Part shown: piece after piece, positions 51,007-61,321 of the stretch
Layout of the letters: each line of letters starts with the position of its first letter
Numbering within the stretch: position 1 is the first letter of the stretch
Source: an uncultured Chloroflexia bacterium
GTDB lineage: Bacteria; Chloroflexota; Limnocylindria; Limnocylindrales; CSP1-4
DNA: 64,000 bases
NCBI GenBank assembly: GCA_963819655.1
Contig: CAWFXA010000002.1
Span: 1,024,001 to 1,088,000, forward strand
Reading direction: 5' to 3'
Translations under genes and position numbers: made by a program
Notes under the pieces: model-generated
Seen by the model: the letters and a program-made list of their open reading frames with translations, nothing else
What the model was told of the DNA's origin: nothing
The model's database searches: none

Positions 51007-52465
51007 CACGACGAAGGCGTCGGCACCGGGCTGGCTCGGCACGTTCGTCGAGGCGTGGGAGCCGGGGACCGGGGCGCCGGTCGAGGACCACGAGCCCGCC
51101 ACGGGCCGGCTGATCGCCACGGTCCGGGGTTCCACCGCCGACGACGTGGCCCGGGCTGCTGCCGCCGCCAAGGCGGCCCAACCGGCGTGGGCCGAGACGT
51201 CCTTCCAGGAACGCGCGCGAATCCTGCGCAAGGCCGCCGACATCTACGAGGCCAATCGCGAGGAATTCGGGACGTGGACGATGCGCGAGACCGGCGCGTC
51301 GCACAGCAAGATGCACCACGAGTCGAATTTCGCGTACGGCGAGATCCTGAGCGCCGCCACGCTGCCGTGGCAGCCCTACGGCTCGCTCGTACCGACCGCC
51401 GTGAAGGGCCGCCTGTCGATGGTCCGGCGGATCCCGATCGGGGTCGTCGGTGCGATCACGCCGTGGAACTCACCGAGTGTGCTGGGCATGCGGGTCGTCG
51501 CGCCGGCACTCGCGCTCGGCAACGCCGTCGTCCTGAAGCCGGATCCCCAGACGCCGGTCATCGGCGGGGCGATGTTCGAGGCGGTCTTTCGCGAAGCGGG
51601 CCTGCCGGAGGGCCTGCTCCAGATCGTCGTCGGTGGCGCCGACATCGGCGAGGGGCTGGTCACGGATCCCAATGTCAATCTCGTGTCGTTCACCGGTTCG
51701 ACAGCGGCGGGCCGTCGGGTCGGCGAGCTCGCGGGCGCACGACTCAAGAAGGTGTCGCTCGAGCTCGGTGGCAACAACGCATTCATCGTGCTCGACGACG
51801 CTGATCTCGACGCCGCGACGGCTGCCGGCGCGTTCTCGTCGTTCCAGTTCCAGGGCCAGGTCTGTTTCGCGGCCGGCCGGCACATCGTCCACGAGAGCAT
51901 CGCCGGCCACTACGTCGACGCGTTGCGCGACAAGGCGCAGAAGCTGCGACTGGGCGACCCGTACCGCGAGGACGTCCAGCTCGGTCCGATCGTCAACGAG
52001 AAGCAGATCAGACGCGTCGACGACATCGTGCGCCGTTCGGTGGACAGCGGCGCACGCCTCGTCACGGGCGGGACCTACGACGGCCTCTTCTACCAGCCGA
52101 CGGTCCTTGCAGAGGTGACGCAGGAGATGCCGGCCTGGACCGACGAGATCTTCGGCCCAGTCGCGCCGGTCACGACGTTCCGGACCGACGAGGAGGCGCT
52201 GGCTCTGGCCAACAACAGCGCGTACGGGCTGGTCGGCGCGGTCTATTCGAAGTCGCTCTCGCGCGGCCTGTCGGTCGCCAACCGCATCAAGGCCGGGATG
52301 GTCCACGTCAACGACGGCACGCTGAACGACGAGGCGACCATCCCGTTCGGAGGGACGGGGCTGTCGGGCAACGGCAGCCGGTACGGTGGCGAGGCGAACC
52401 TCGACAACTTCACCGAGTGGCAGTGGGTCACCGTGCGCGACGAACCGCCGACGTTCCCGTTCTGA
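50987..52465 (+). CDS. Aldehyde dehydrogenase (benzaldehyde/vanillin dehydrogenase-like)
   Basis: ITPWN, FTGST, LELGGN, FQGQVC, EIFGPV and PFGG motifs; GAAGGAGG RBS. Confidence 0.93.
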   Translation: MAAIAPDTTKASAPGWLGTFVEAWEPGTGAPVEDHEPATGRLIATVRGSTADDVARAAAAAKAAQPAWAETSFQERARILRKAADIYEANREEFGTWTMRETGASHSKMHHESNFAYGEILSAATLPWQPYGSLVPTAVKGRLSMVRRIPIGVVGAITPWNSPSVLGMRVVAPALALGNAVVLKPDPQTPVIGGAMFEAVFREAGLPEGLLQIVVGGADIGEGLVTDPNVNLVSFTGSTAAGRRVGELAGARLKKVSLELGGNNAFIVLDDADLDAATAAGAFSSFQFQGQVCFAAGRHIVHESIAGHYVDALRDKAQKLRLGDPYREDVQLGPIVNEKQIRRVDDIVRRSVDSGARLVTGGTYDGLFYQPTVLAEVTQEMPAWTDEIFGPVAPVTTFRTDEEALALANNSAYGLVGAVYSKSLSRGLSVANRIKAGMVHVNDGTLNDEATIPFGGTGLSGNGSRYGGEANLDNFTEWQWVTVRDEPPTFPF

Positions 52466-53520
52466 TGGCATCGATCACCGAGGTCGCACGCCTGGCGGGC
52501 GTCTCGACGGCGACCGCGTCGCGTGTCGTCTCGTCGGCCGATTACCCGGTCAGCGCCGCGACCCGCGCCCGTGTCCTCGACGCGGCGCGGACGCTCGACT
52601 ACGTCCCGAACGCGCTCGCGCGCGGGCTGCTCAAGAGCCAGATCCCGGTGGTCGCGGTGATCGTCCACGACATCACCGACCCGTATTTCGCGGAGGTCGT
52701 GCGCGGCGTCGAGGATGCCGCCTCGCCCGCGGGCTACCTGGTGATCACCTGTTCGTCGGAGCGCGACGCGGAACGCGAGACGTCCTACGTCCGGCTGCTG
52801 CGATCGATGCGTGCCGCGAGCGTCATCTTCGCCGCGAGCGGCCTCGACGACCCCGAGTCGAACCGGGAGATCGAGAAGCACCTCGCCGCGATGCGCGCTG
52901 ACGGAGCCGCCGTGGTGCACCTCTCGCCGCACGCGCTCGGCGACGCCGACGTTGGCGTCGACAACGAGGCCGGGATGGCGCGGATGATCGCCGCGCTCGT
53001 CGAGCTCGGTCATCGGGAGATCGCGTTCCTCGCGGGTCCATCGACGCTCTTCGTCGCCCGGGCCCGCCTCGTCGGCTACCGCCGCGGTCTCGCGGAGGCC
53101 ACCATCCCGTTCGACGAGCGGCTCGTGATCCATACGAGCTTCGACCGGGACGGTGGCGCTCTCGGAATCGACACGCTGCTCGGCGGTCTGGCACGGTTCA
53201 CCGCCGTCGCGTGCGCCAACGATCCGCTGGCGATGGGCGCCCTGGCGCGCCTCGCCGAGCTCGGGATCGACGTTCCGGGGCAGGTCTCCGTCACGGGCTT
53301 CGACGACGTCCCGGTCGCCGCCATCACCTCGCCCAGCCTCTCGACCGTCCGGCTGCCGTTGCGGGAGATGGGTCGTCGCGGCTTCGCCGAGGCAGTGCGT
53401 GTCCTGGGCGGCGCGGAGCTGTCATCCACCGTCCTGCCCACCGAGCTGGCCATGCGCGCCTCGACCGCGCGACCTGCCGCCGTGCCGCTGGGCGCTGCCG
53501 TCGAAGGGGTCGGCGCTTGA
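52465..53520 (+). CDS. LacI family transcriptional regulator
   Basis: SITEVARLAGVSTATASRV, YVPNALARGL, GFDD and SLSTVR motifs. Confidence 0.95.
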   Translation: MASITEVARLAGVSTATASRVVSSADYPVSAATRARVLDAARTLDYVPNALARGLLKSQIPVVAVIVHDITDPYFAEVVRGVEDAASPAGYLVITCSSERDAERETSYVRLLRSMRAASVIFAASGLDDPESNREIEKHLAAMRADGAAVVHLSPHALGDADVGVDNEAGMARMIAALVELGHREIAFLAGPSTLFVARARLVGYRRGLAEATIPFDERLVIHTSFDRDGGALGIDTLLGGLARFTAVACANDPLAMGALARLAELGIDVPGQVSVTGFDDVPVAAITSPSLSTVRLPLREMGRRGFAEAVRVLGGAELSSTVLPTELAMRASTARPAAVPLGAAVEGVGA

Positions 53521-54272
53521 CCGGGTCGCTCGCGGATCGCGTCGTGCTCGTGACCGGCAGCAGCCGGGGCATCGGCGCGGAGGTCGCGGTGAAGGCCGCC
53601 GCCGAAGGCGCGATCGTCGCCGTCCACTACCACCGCTCCGCGGATGCCGCGCAGCGGACCCTCGAACGCGTCCGCGCGGCCGGGGCGGAGGGTGACTGCT
53701 TCCCCGCGGACATCGCGGACGGCGGCCAGGCCGAGCGGCTCGTCGAACAGGTCATCGACCGGTTCGGGCGTGTCGACGGCCTGGTCAACAACGCCGGGCT
53801 CACCCAGGTGGGGCCGTTTCTCGAGATCGAGGCGGCCGAATGGGAGGAGATCATCCGGACCGATCTGACGGCCGCGTTCCATACCTCTCGCGCCGTCCTG
53901 CCATCGATGCTTGAGCGCGGCGACGGGGCCATCGTCAACATCGCGTCGCGGCTCGCGCAGATGGGCATCGCCGAGACCGCCGCATACAGCGCGGCAAAGG
54001 CCGGGCTGCTGGGTTTGACCCGGTCGCTCGCCCGCGAGTTCGGGCCGCGCGGGATCCGGATCAACGCCGTCGCCCCGGGGGTCACGATCACCGAGATGAC
54101 GACCGACCTCGTCGACAGTGAGGCGGGCAAGCAGCGGCTGCGCGACATGGCGCTCGGGCGGTTCGGCCGCGCCGAGGAGGTGGCCGAGGCGGTCGTCTTC
54201 CTGTTGTCCGACCGCGCGAGCCTGTTCCTCGGCCAGACGCTCAACCCCAACGCCGGGGGCTACATGCCGTGA
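53517..54272 (+). CDS. SDR family oxidoreductase (FabG-like)
   Basis: TGSSRGIG, NNAG, YSAAKAG and NAVAPG motifs; TTG overlaps the LacI stop. Confidence 0.9.
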   Translation: MTGSLADRVVLVTGSSRGIGAEVAVKAAAEGAIVAVHYHRSADAAQRTLERVRAAGAEGDCFPADIADGGQAERLVEQVIDRFGRVDGLVNNAGLTQVGPFLEIEAAEWEEIIRTDLTAAFHTSRAVLPSMLERGDGAIVNIASRLAQMGIAETAAYSAAKAGLLGLTRSLAREFGPRGIRINAVAPGVTITEMTTDLVDSEAGKQRLRDMALGRFGRAEEVAEAVVFLLSDRASLFLGQTLNPNAGGYMP

Positions 54273-54296
54273 GCAAGACCGCTGCCGCCGGCCGAA

Positions 54297-54431
54297 TGCA
54301 GCAGATCGCCGCGCAGGTGGATCCGGCGCAAGGCGCCAACGAGCACGGGAGCGAGCGCATCTGGATGATGCGTGAGCGAGCGCGCGCAGGCGGCAACGCG
54401 GCGACGGGTCCGCATCCGCGAGCGAGATGCA
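54297..54431. mobile_element. Palindromic MITE-like element resembling Rickettsia palindromic elements (RPE)
   Basis: Imperfect hairpin TGCA..TCGC..GGATCCG / CGGGTCC..GCGA..TGCA around the core CAAGGCG...GAGCGCATC-TGGAT-GATGCGTGAG...GCAACGC. Confidence 0.5.
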
Positions 54432-54446
54432 AATGGAGGTCGGCGG

Positions 54447-56010
54447 GTGCGGGCTAAGGTCCTGGACGTTCGTGATGCGGTCGCGCTGGTTCGTGACGGG
54501 AGCACGCTGCTGATCGGCGGGTCCGGTGCCGGCCACGCCGTCCCGCAGCGATTCATCGACGAGCTCGCTGCGGTCTTCACCGCCGAAGGCAGGCCACGCG
54601 ACCTGACGACGGTCCGCATCGTGGGCATCGGCGACTTCGCCGACCGCGGTTTCTCGCAGCTCGGCCTGCCCGGGCTGATGCGCCGCACGATCGGCAGCAA
54701 CATCGGCAACGAGCCGCGGCTCGGTGCGCTGGTCGAGGCGAACGAGATCGAGTCGTATTCGTTCCCGCAGGGCGTGCTCTCGCAGCTCGTCCGCGAGATC
54801 GCCGCGGGTCGGCCGGGGCTCGTCACGCACGTCGGGCTGGGCACGTATGTGGACCCGCGCCAGACCGGTGGCAAGCAGAATGCCCGAACGACCGAGGATC
54901 TCGTCGAGGTGGTCACCCTGCGGGGTCGGGAGTGGCTCCTGTTCCACGCATTCCCGATCGACGTCGCGGTCATCCGCGGCACGACCGCCGACGAGGACGG
55001 CAACCTCACGATGGAGGGCGAGGCCCTCCAGGGCGAGATGCTGGCGATGGCAATGGCCGCGCGGAACAGTGGCGGCATCGTCATCGCCCAGGTCCGGCGC
55101 CTGGCGCGTCGGGGCAGCTTGTCGATGCGCGACGTGAAGGTGCCGGGAGCGCTGGTCGACCACGTGTTCGTCGACCCGGACCAGTGGCAGACCTACATCA
55201 CCCAGGACTCGCCGTACTACGCGGGCGCGCTGCGCAAGCCCGTCACCGACGAGCCGCCAGCGCCGCTCGACGTCCGCAAGATCATCGCCCGGCGCTCCCT
55301 GCTCGAATTCCGGCGCGGGGCCATCTGCAACCTCGGGTTCGGCATCAGCCAGCTCATCGGCCGGGTCGCCTGGGAGGAGGGCATCACCGACCAGCTCGTG
55401 CTGACGGTCGAGCAGGGCATCTTCGGTGGCGTGCCGGTCGCCGGGAACGAGGGCGGCACCGGGCTTCAACTACCAGGCGATGATCGACCAGCCGTACATG
55501 TTCGACTTCTACGACGGCGGCGGGCTCGATGTCGCGAGTCTGTCCTTCGCCGAGGTCGATGCCGAGGGCAACGTCAACGTCCACGCCTTCGAGGGTCGCG
55601 TGCGCGGGCCGGGCGGCTTCCCGAACATCAGCGCTCGGACCGGCAAGATCAACTTCGTGGGGACGCTCACAGCCCAGGGCCTCCGGCTCGACATCGACGA
55701 CGGCGTGCGGATCGTCGAGGAGGGGACCCTCCGGAAGTTCGTCCCGAAGGTCCGCGAGGTCTCGTTCAATGGGCAGCTCGCGCGCGAGCGCGGCCAGCAG
55801 GTCCGCTACATCACGGAGCGAGCGGTGTTCGCGCTCGAAGACGACGGCCTGGTCCTGATCGAGGTGGCGCCCGGTATCGACGTCGAGCGCGACGTGCTCG
55901 GCCAGATGGACTTTCGACCGCGCATGGCCGATGACCTCGGGACGATGGATCGCCGGCTGTACGCCGAGGGACCGATGGGTCTCGCGGCCGATTTCGCGGC
56001 CGCCCGATGA
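54447..56010 (+). CDS. Acyl-CoA:acetate/propionate CoA-transferase (Pct/YdiF type; frameshift near 55461)
   Basis: PQGVLSQL, GLGTYVDPR, ADEDGN, NLGFGI and TVEQG; the +1 frame has FDFYDGGGLD, GPGGF.NIS and YITERAVF. Confidence 0.9.
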
Positions 56011-56786
56011 GCGAGCTCGTCGCTCTCGAGCTCGGGCGCGTGACGCACCTCGAGCTCGTCGATCCGCCGCTCAACCTTGTCACGCGCGACCTGCTCGAGG
56101 AGCTGTCGGTGGCGCTCGCGACGATCGCCGCCTCGGCGCCGGGTGACGTGCGCGCGGTCGTCGTCAGCGGACGCGGCGAGCGCGCGTTCTCGGCCGGATC
56201 GCATGTCGGCGAGTTCGAGATGCAGCGAGGGCCGGGTGGCCGCGAGCGGCACGCGCTGGAGTCGGGCGTGGCCGACGGGCTGGCGCGCCTGCCGATGCCG
56301 ACAATCGCCGCGATCGAGGGCAACGCGCTCGGCGGCGGGCTCGAGCTCGCGCTGTGCTGCGACATCCGGATCGCTTCGGAGGGCGCCCGGCTCGGGCTGC
56401 CGGAGGTCCGCCTGGCGGTCACCCCCGGTGCCGGGGGCACGCAGCGGCTGCCGCGGGTCATCGGCTCGGCGCGGGCCCGGGAGCTGATCCTGACCGGTCG
56501 GGTGCTGACCGCCGCCGAGGCAGAGCGGATCGGTCTCGTGACCGAGGTCGTGCCAGCGGGCGAGGCCGTGGCACGTGCAACGGCCATCGGCGAAGAGATC
56601 GCCGCCCGAGGGCCGCTCGCGGTCCGCGAGGCCAAGCGACTCATCGATCTGGCGACCGAGACCGATATCGACTCGGGCCTCGCCGCCGAGCTTGATGCCT
56701 CGGATCGGTTGTTTGCGAGCGATGACATGCTCGAGGGCGCGCGGTCGTTCTTCGAGAAACGTGATCCGGACTACCACGGCCGATGA
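56007..56786 (+). CDS. Enoyl-CoA hydratase/isomerase family protein
   Basis: AFSAG, ALGGGLELALCCD and LPEVRL..PGAGGTQRLPR motifs. Confidence 0.93.
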   Translation: MSELVALELGRVTHLELVDPPLNLVTRDLLEELSVALATIAASAPGDVRAVVVSGRGERAFSAGSHVGEFEMQRGPGGRERHALESGVADGLARLPMPTIAAIEGNALGGGLELALCCDIRIASEGARLGLPEVRLAVTPGAGGTQRLPRVIGSARARELILTGRVLTAAEAERIGLVTEVVPAGEAVARATAIGEEIAARGPLAVREAKRLIDLATETDIDSGLAAELDASDRLFASDDMLEGARSFFEKRDPDYHGR

Positions 56787-56814
56787 GGCCCTACCGCGCG
56801 GAGGAACACTGCCC

Positions 56815-57870
56815 ATGAGCGACGTCGGACGTTTCGGGGTCTTCCTGCCTTCCTACGTCTGGGAGGGTGACGGACCGGAACGCGCGCGCGGGATCAAGTC
56901 GTTCGCGCGGACCGTCGAGGACCTCGGCTTCGACTCGCTGTTCATCACCGACCACCTGCTTGTGGGCAAGCGGTTCTACTCCGTCAACTGGCTCGAGCCG
57001 CTCATGGCGCTCGGCGTGGCAGCCGGGGTGACCGAACGGGTCCGGCTCGGGACCTCGATCCTGATCATGCCACTGCGCAACCCGGTCCTCCTCGCCAAGG
57101 AGCTCGCGACGCTCCAGTTCCTGTCCGACAACCGGATGATCCTGGGCGCCGGCGTCGGCTGGAACGACGCCGAATACGAGGCGGTCGGCGTCCACAAATC
57201 GGAGCGCGGCAAGCGGACAGACGAGATGCTCGACATCATGCTGCCCCTGCTCGAGGGCGAGACCGTCACCTATCACGGCCGCTATTACTCGGTCGACGAC
57301 GTCTTCATCGAGCCGCGCACCGGGCAGCGTCCGCCCGTCTGGGTCGGCGGTGGCTCGCAGCTCGCGAACCCCAAGTCTCCGGACGTGCCGAAGTTCGTCG
57401 AGTCGGTCAAGGCGCGGACCCTCCGCGCGGACGGCTGGATCCCGCGACCCACCTGCCCGCCGCCCGACATCCGCCGCGACTGGGACGAGCTGCAGGCGTT
57501 CTTCGACGAGAACGGCCATGACGCCCGCGAGCTGTCGGTCGCCCACGAGAACTTCCTCCACCTCGTCATGACGAACGACCCGGCCAAGGCTCGCGAGGAG
57601 CAACATCGCGCTTTCCTCAAGGTGATGAGCGGCGAGCGGGGCCCGGAGTACCTCGAGACGGTCTACCTGTTCGGGACACCCGACGAGATCGTCGCGTCGC
57701 TGCAGGCCCGAGTCGACGCCGGTGTGGAGCAGTTCATCCTGCACACGATGACGCCCGACCCCGCACAGCTCCGGCTCTGGGTGGACGAGATCATCCCGAA
57801 CGTGACGTTCCCCGCGCGGGCAGGACCCGTGCGGAAGCCGAACCGCGACCGGGTCGCCGTCGCCTCGTGA
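56815..57870 (+). CDS. LLM class (luciferase-like) flavin/F420-dependent oxidoreductase
   Basis: GFDSLFITDH, TERVRLGTS, P..LAKELATL, GVGW..EY and PPVWVGG motifs. Confidence 0.88.
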   Translation: MSDVGRFGVFLPSYVWEGDGPERARGIKSFARTVEDLGFDSLFITDHLLVGKRFYSVNWLEPLMALGVAAGVTERVRLGTSILIMPLRNPVLLAKELATLQFLSDNRMILGAGVGWNDAEYEAVGVHKSERGKRTDEMLDIMLPLLEGETVTYHGRYYSVDDVFIEPRTGQRPPVWVGGGSQLANPKSPDVPKFVESVKARTLRADGWIPRPTCPPPDIRRDWDELQAFFDENGHDARELSVAHENFLHLVMTNDPAKAREEQHRAFLKVMSGERGPEYLETVYLFGTPDEIVASLQARVDAGVEQFILHTMTPDPAQLRLWVDEIIPNVTFPARAGPVRKPNRDRVAVAS

Positions 57871-58724
57871 CCCGCCAGGTCGCGCTGATCGGCAAGCCGC
57901 TCAAGCGGCGGCACTCGCAGGTCATGCACGACGCGGCGTTCGACGCGGCCGGCATCGATGCCCGGTATGTGCTCCGGGAGATCGAGTCAGACGAGGTCGA
58001 GGGCGTCGTCGCCGATGCCCGCGGGCCGGGTTGGCTCGGTCTCGGGATCACGGCGCCGTACAAGCGGGTCGTGGCCGCTCTCGTCGACGAGGTCGAGGGA
58101 GCTGCCCAGCAGATCGGCGCGGTCAACAATGTCGTTCGGACCGACGACAGGCGGTTGATCGGCTTCAACAGCGACGCGCCGGGTTTCCGGGCCGGCGTCG
58201 AACTGGCGATGGGCCGGTCCCTGGCCGAGGCTGAGGTCGTGGTCGCTGGTGCCGGCGGTGCTGCCCACGCCGTCGTCCATGCTTGCCTGACTGCTGGGGC
58301 GGCGCGGGTCACCGTCGCCAGCCGGCGGGCCGATGCCGCCCGTGTGTTGCTGGAGCGGTTCGCATCGATCGGGGATGGGGACCGCTTGTTCGCGGAGCTC
58401 GGCCACAACACCGTCCGCGAGGCGCTCCGGTCGGCGGACGTCGCCGTCAACGCCACCACGGTGGGCATGATCGATCCAGGGGCGACGATCGATATCGATC
58501 TGCTGCCGGACCACGGCACCGTCTTCGATCTCGTCTACGTGCCGGCCGAGACCCCGTTGCTCGCCGCGGCGCGGGCGCGCGGCCTCCGCGCCGCGAACGG
58601 CTCCGAGATGCTCATCCAGCAGGCGGCCATCGCGTTCGAGCGCTGGACCGGGGTCGGCGGGATGGCGGATGTCATGCGGGCTGCCGTCGCGCCGCTCCTC
58701 GCCGACGCTACGGTTCGGGCCTGA
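57867..58724 (+). CDS. aroE: Shikimate dehydrogenase family protein
   Basis: ITAPYK, IGAVNN, GFNSD, GAGGAA, NATTVGM, DLVY.P.ET and MLIQQA motifs; may be a catabolic paralog. Confidence 0.85.
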   Translation: MTRQVALIGKPLKRRHSQVMHDAAFDAAGIDARYVLREIESDEVEGVVADARGPGWLGLGITAPYKRVVAALVDEVEGAAQQIGAVNNVVRTDDRRLIGFNSDAPGFRAGVELAMGRSLAEAEVVVAGAGGAAHAVVHACLTAGAARVTVASRRADAARVLLERFASIGDGDRLFAELGHNTVREALRSADVAVNATTVGMIDPGATIDIDLLPDHGTVFDLVYVPAETPLLAAARARGLRAANGSEMLIQQAAIAFERWTGVGGMADVMRAAVAPLLADATVRA

Positions 58725-58727
58725 TCT

Positions 58728-59366
58728 ATGCGGCTCGATCTACCCGATCCCGGCGCCATCTACACGATCGGGTTGAACTACGACGGGCCGGGCGCCGCAC
58801 CACGGCCTGAGCGGCCACTCGTTTACGGCAAGGCAAGCAACTCGGTCGCGGGGCACGGCGCGACGCTCACCTGGGACCGGTCGCTGACGTCGAACGTCGA
58901 CGCGGAGGTCGAGCTGGGTGTCGTGATCGGCGAACCCGCCTGGCAGGTAACAGCTGAGGACGCCATGCGCCATGTGTTCGGCTACACGATCGTCAACGAC
59001 ATCTCGTCGCGCGACGAGTGGCTCGACGGCGACCAGTGGCTGCTCGGCAAATCGATGCCCGGTTTCTGCCCGGTCGGGCCGGTGGTCGTGACCGCGGACG
59101 AGCTGGATCCCACTGACCTGCGCCTCGGGTGCACCATCAACGGCGAAGCGATCCAGGACGGGCGCATCGCGGCCATGCGGTTCTCGATCGCCGAGGTGAT
59201 CGCCTACCTCAGTCGCCACGTCAGGCTCGAGACCGGGGACCTGATCGCGACCGGCACGCCCGCGCGCCTGACCACCCCGCCGGGCCCGGATCGACACCTC
59301 CAGGCCGGGGACGTGGTCACCGCTTGGATCGAGGGCATCGGAGAGCTGACGACCACCGTCGCCTGA
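58728..59366 (+). CDS. Fumarylacetoacetate hydrolase family protein
   Basis: IGLNY, DAEVELGVVIG, GYTIVNDISSRD, GKS..FCPVGP and GDLIATGTP motifs. Confidence 0.92.
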   Translation: MRLDLPDPGAIYTIGLNYDGPGAAPRPERPLVYGKASNSVAGHGATLTWDRSLTSNVDAEVELGVVIGEPAWQVTAEDAMRHVFGYTIVNDISSRDEWLDGDQWLLGKSMPGFCPVGPVVVTADELDPTDLRLGCTINGEAIQDGRIAAMRFSIAEVIAYLSRHVRLETGDLIATGTPARLTTPPGPDRHLQAGDVVTAWIEGIGELTTTVA

Positions 59367-59391
59367 CTGCGACGCAACGAGGAGAGCTGGC

Positions 59392-60180
59392 ATGAAGCGA
59401 CCCACCGTGTTCCTGGGCGAGATGACCAACCCCGAGGTCGAGGCGTTCGTGGCTGAGCACTCGACGGTGATCGTGCCGATCGGCTCGACGGAGCAGCACG
59501 GTCCCCACGGCCCGCTCTCGACCGACACCATCGTGCCCACCGAGGTCGCCCGACGCGTGGCGCCGAAGGTCGGTGCGGCGGTCGCACCATCGATCGGCTA
59601 CGGGTTGTCGTACCCGCATGCCGGCTTCACTGGCGTGGTCTATCTGCGGATCCCGACATTCATGGCAATCGTCGAGGATGTCGCGGTCGGCCTGGCGACG
59701 ATGGGCTTCCGCACGATCGTGTTCCTCAACGGCCACTACGACAACACGCTGGCGATCGCGTACGCGTGCGCGACCGCCGCCGATCGGCTGCCCGACGGCA
59801 CGCGCGCCTTTCCGATCAACTACTGGGACGGCCTGACGGCCGAGGAGGCGGCCGAATTCTTCGGCCCGACCAGTGGCTTGCACGCCAACCGTGCCGAGAT
59901 GTCGGCGGTGATGGCTGTCGACGAGGGGCTCATCGATATCGAGCATGCGAATGCCGAGATGCCGCCGTTCCCCGAGGTGGGCAGCCCGGCTGCCGTGCAC
60001 ACGGCGTTCTTCTTCTCGACGCCGGGGTCCGTGTACCGCGCGACCCAGTCCGGCACGTGGGGCGACGCCCGCGAGGCGTCGGTCGAGTATGGCCGCCGCT
60101 ATCTCGATGTCGCCGAGGCGGCGACCCTGCGCATGCTCGACGATGTGAAGCGGACGTTCGAAGCGATGCCGCCGCGCTAG
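59392..60180 (+). CDS. Creatininase family amidohydrolase
   Basis: PIGSTEQHGPH.PL.TD, LNGHYDN and HAN.AE.S motifs. Confidence 0.9.
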   Translation: MKRPTVFLGEMTNPEVEAFVAEHSTVIVPIGSTEQHGPHGPLSTDTIVPTEVARRVAPKVGAAVAPSIGYGLSYPHAGFTGVVYLRIPTFMAIVEDVAVGLATMGFRTIVFLNGHYDNTLAIAYACATAADRLPDGTRAFPINYWDGLTAEEAAEFFGPTSGLHANRAEMSAVMAVDEGLIDIEHANAEMPPFPEVGSPAAVHTAFFFSTPGSVYRATQSGTWGDAREASVEYGRRYLDVAEAATLRMLDDVKRTFEAMPPR

Positions 60181-60183
60181 CGC

Positions 60184-61305
60184 TCAGTCCGCGGCGAGCC
60201 ACTGCCCGCCACGCATCACGCGGCGGACGGTCAGGTCCTCGTCCAGTTCGACGAGGTCGGCGCGCTGACCCTCGGCCAAACGACCACGGTCCGCCACTCC
60301 AAGCAGGTCGAGCGGGTTGCGGCTTGCGGCCGCGACGGCATCGGTCAGCGGGATGCCCACGGCCGTCGCGTTCCGGACGGCGCTGTCTAACGCGATCACG
60401 GATCCGGCCAGCGTGTCGGTCCCGGCGAGGGTGGCCCGGCCGTCCCTGACCTCGATGTCGAGATCGCCGATCCGCCCGCGACCCTGCGGAGTACCGGCGA
60501 CTGCAAGGGCATCGCTGACGAGCAGCAGCCGCTCCCGCGGCTTCAGCCGCGTGATGAGCGGCCAGATGGCGGGATGGACGTGGATCCCGTCCGCGATGAG
60601 CTCGACGTACGCGTCGTCGTCGAGCAAGGCCGCGACCGCGACCCCTGGAGCGCGATGGTCGACGCCGGTCATTGCGTTGAAGAGGTGGGTCGTAGAGCGG
60701 GCGCCGGCGGCGTAGGCGTTCCAGACCTCGTTAGCGCCGGCCGCCGAATGACCGATCGACACCGCCACGCCCTGGCTGTGGAGCCAGCCGATCAGGTCAG
60801 TCGCGCCCGGGAGCTCGGGCGCGACCGTCAGCAGCCGCAGTCCCTCGAGCAGTTGCTCGATCGTGTCGCGAGGAGCGCCGGCCGGATCCCGCAGGAACCG
60901 CTCCGCGTGCGCGCCACGACGGGCCGGCGCAAGGAACGGGCCCTCCAGGTTGAACCCGAGCGGCTCGGCGCCGTCGTCGGGTGCCGCGGGCATCCACGAG
61001 CGCACCCGGTCGGCAAAGGCCGCGAGGTCGTCCAGCGGCGCCGTGACAGCGGTCGGCAGGAACGACGTCACGCCCCGTCGGAGCAACGCCCGGGCCATGC
61101 CATCCAACGCAGCCATGTCGCCCATCGCGTCGTGGCCGCCCCAGCCATGCACATGGAGATCGACGAACCCGGGCGCCAGGTAGGGGCCGCCCTCAGTGGT
61201 TCCCTCCTGGAGGTCGACGGCCGCGATCAGGCCGTCCGCGATCGTGAGCCGCCCGTTCACGACTCGATCGTCGAGGACCAGACGACCGCCGACCGTCTCC
61301 GTCAT
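60184..61305 (-). CDS. nagA: N-acetylglucosamine-6-phosphate deacetylase
   Basis: PGFVDLHVHG, LEGPFL, THLFNAM, ADGIHVHP, VSDA and LAGS motifs. Confidence 0.93.
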   Translation of the reverse strand: MTETVGGRLVLDDRVVNGRLTIADGLIAAVDLQEGTTEGGPYLAPGFVDLHVHGWGGHDAMGDMAALDGMARALLRRGVTSFLPTAVTAPLDDLAAFADRVRSWMPAAPDDGAEPLGFNLEGPFLAPARRGAHAERFLRDPAGAPRDTIEQLLEGLRLLTVAPELPGATDLIGWLHSQGVAVSIGHSAAGANEVWNAYAAGARSTTHLFNAMTGVDHRAPGVAVAALLDDDAYVELIADGIHVHPAIWPLITRLKPRERLLLVSDALAVAGTPQGRGRIGDLDIEVRDGRATLAGTDTLAGSVIALDSAVRNATAVGIPLTDAVAAASRNPLDLLGVADRGRLAEGQRADLVELDEDLTVRRVMRGGQWLAAD

Positions 61306-61321
61306 CGATCGATCCGGGCGG

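Noticed and set aside
56815-60180. Mycofactocin biosynthesis cluster (creatininase, LLM, GMC, SDR present)
   Set aside because: No MftA precursor, MftB, radical SAM MftC or glycosyltransferase MftF in the window.
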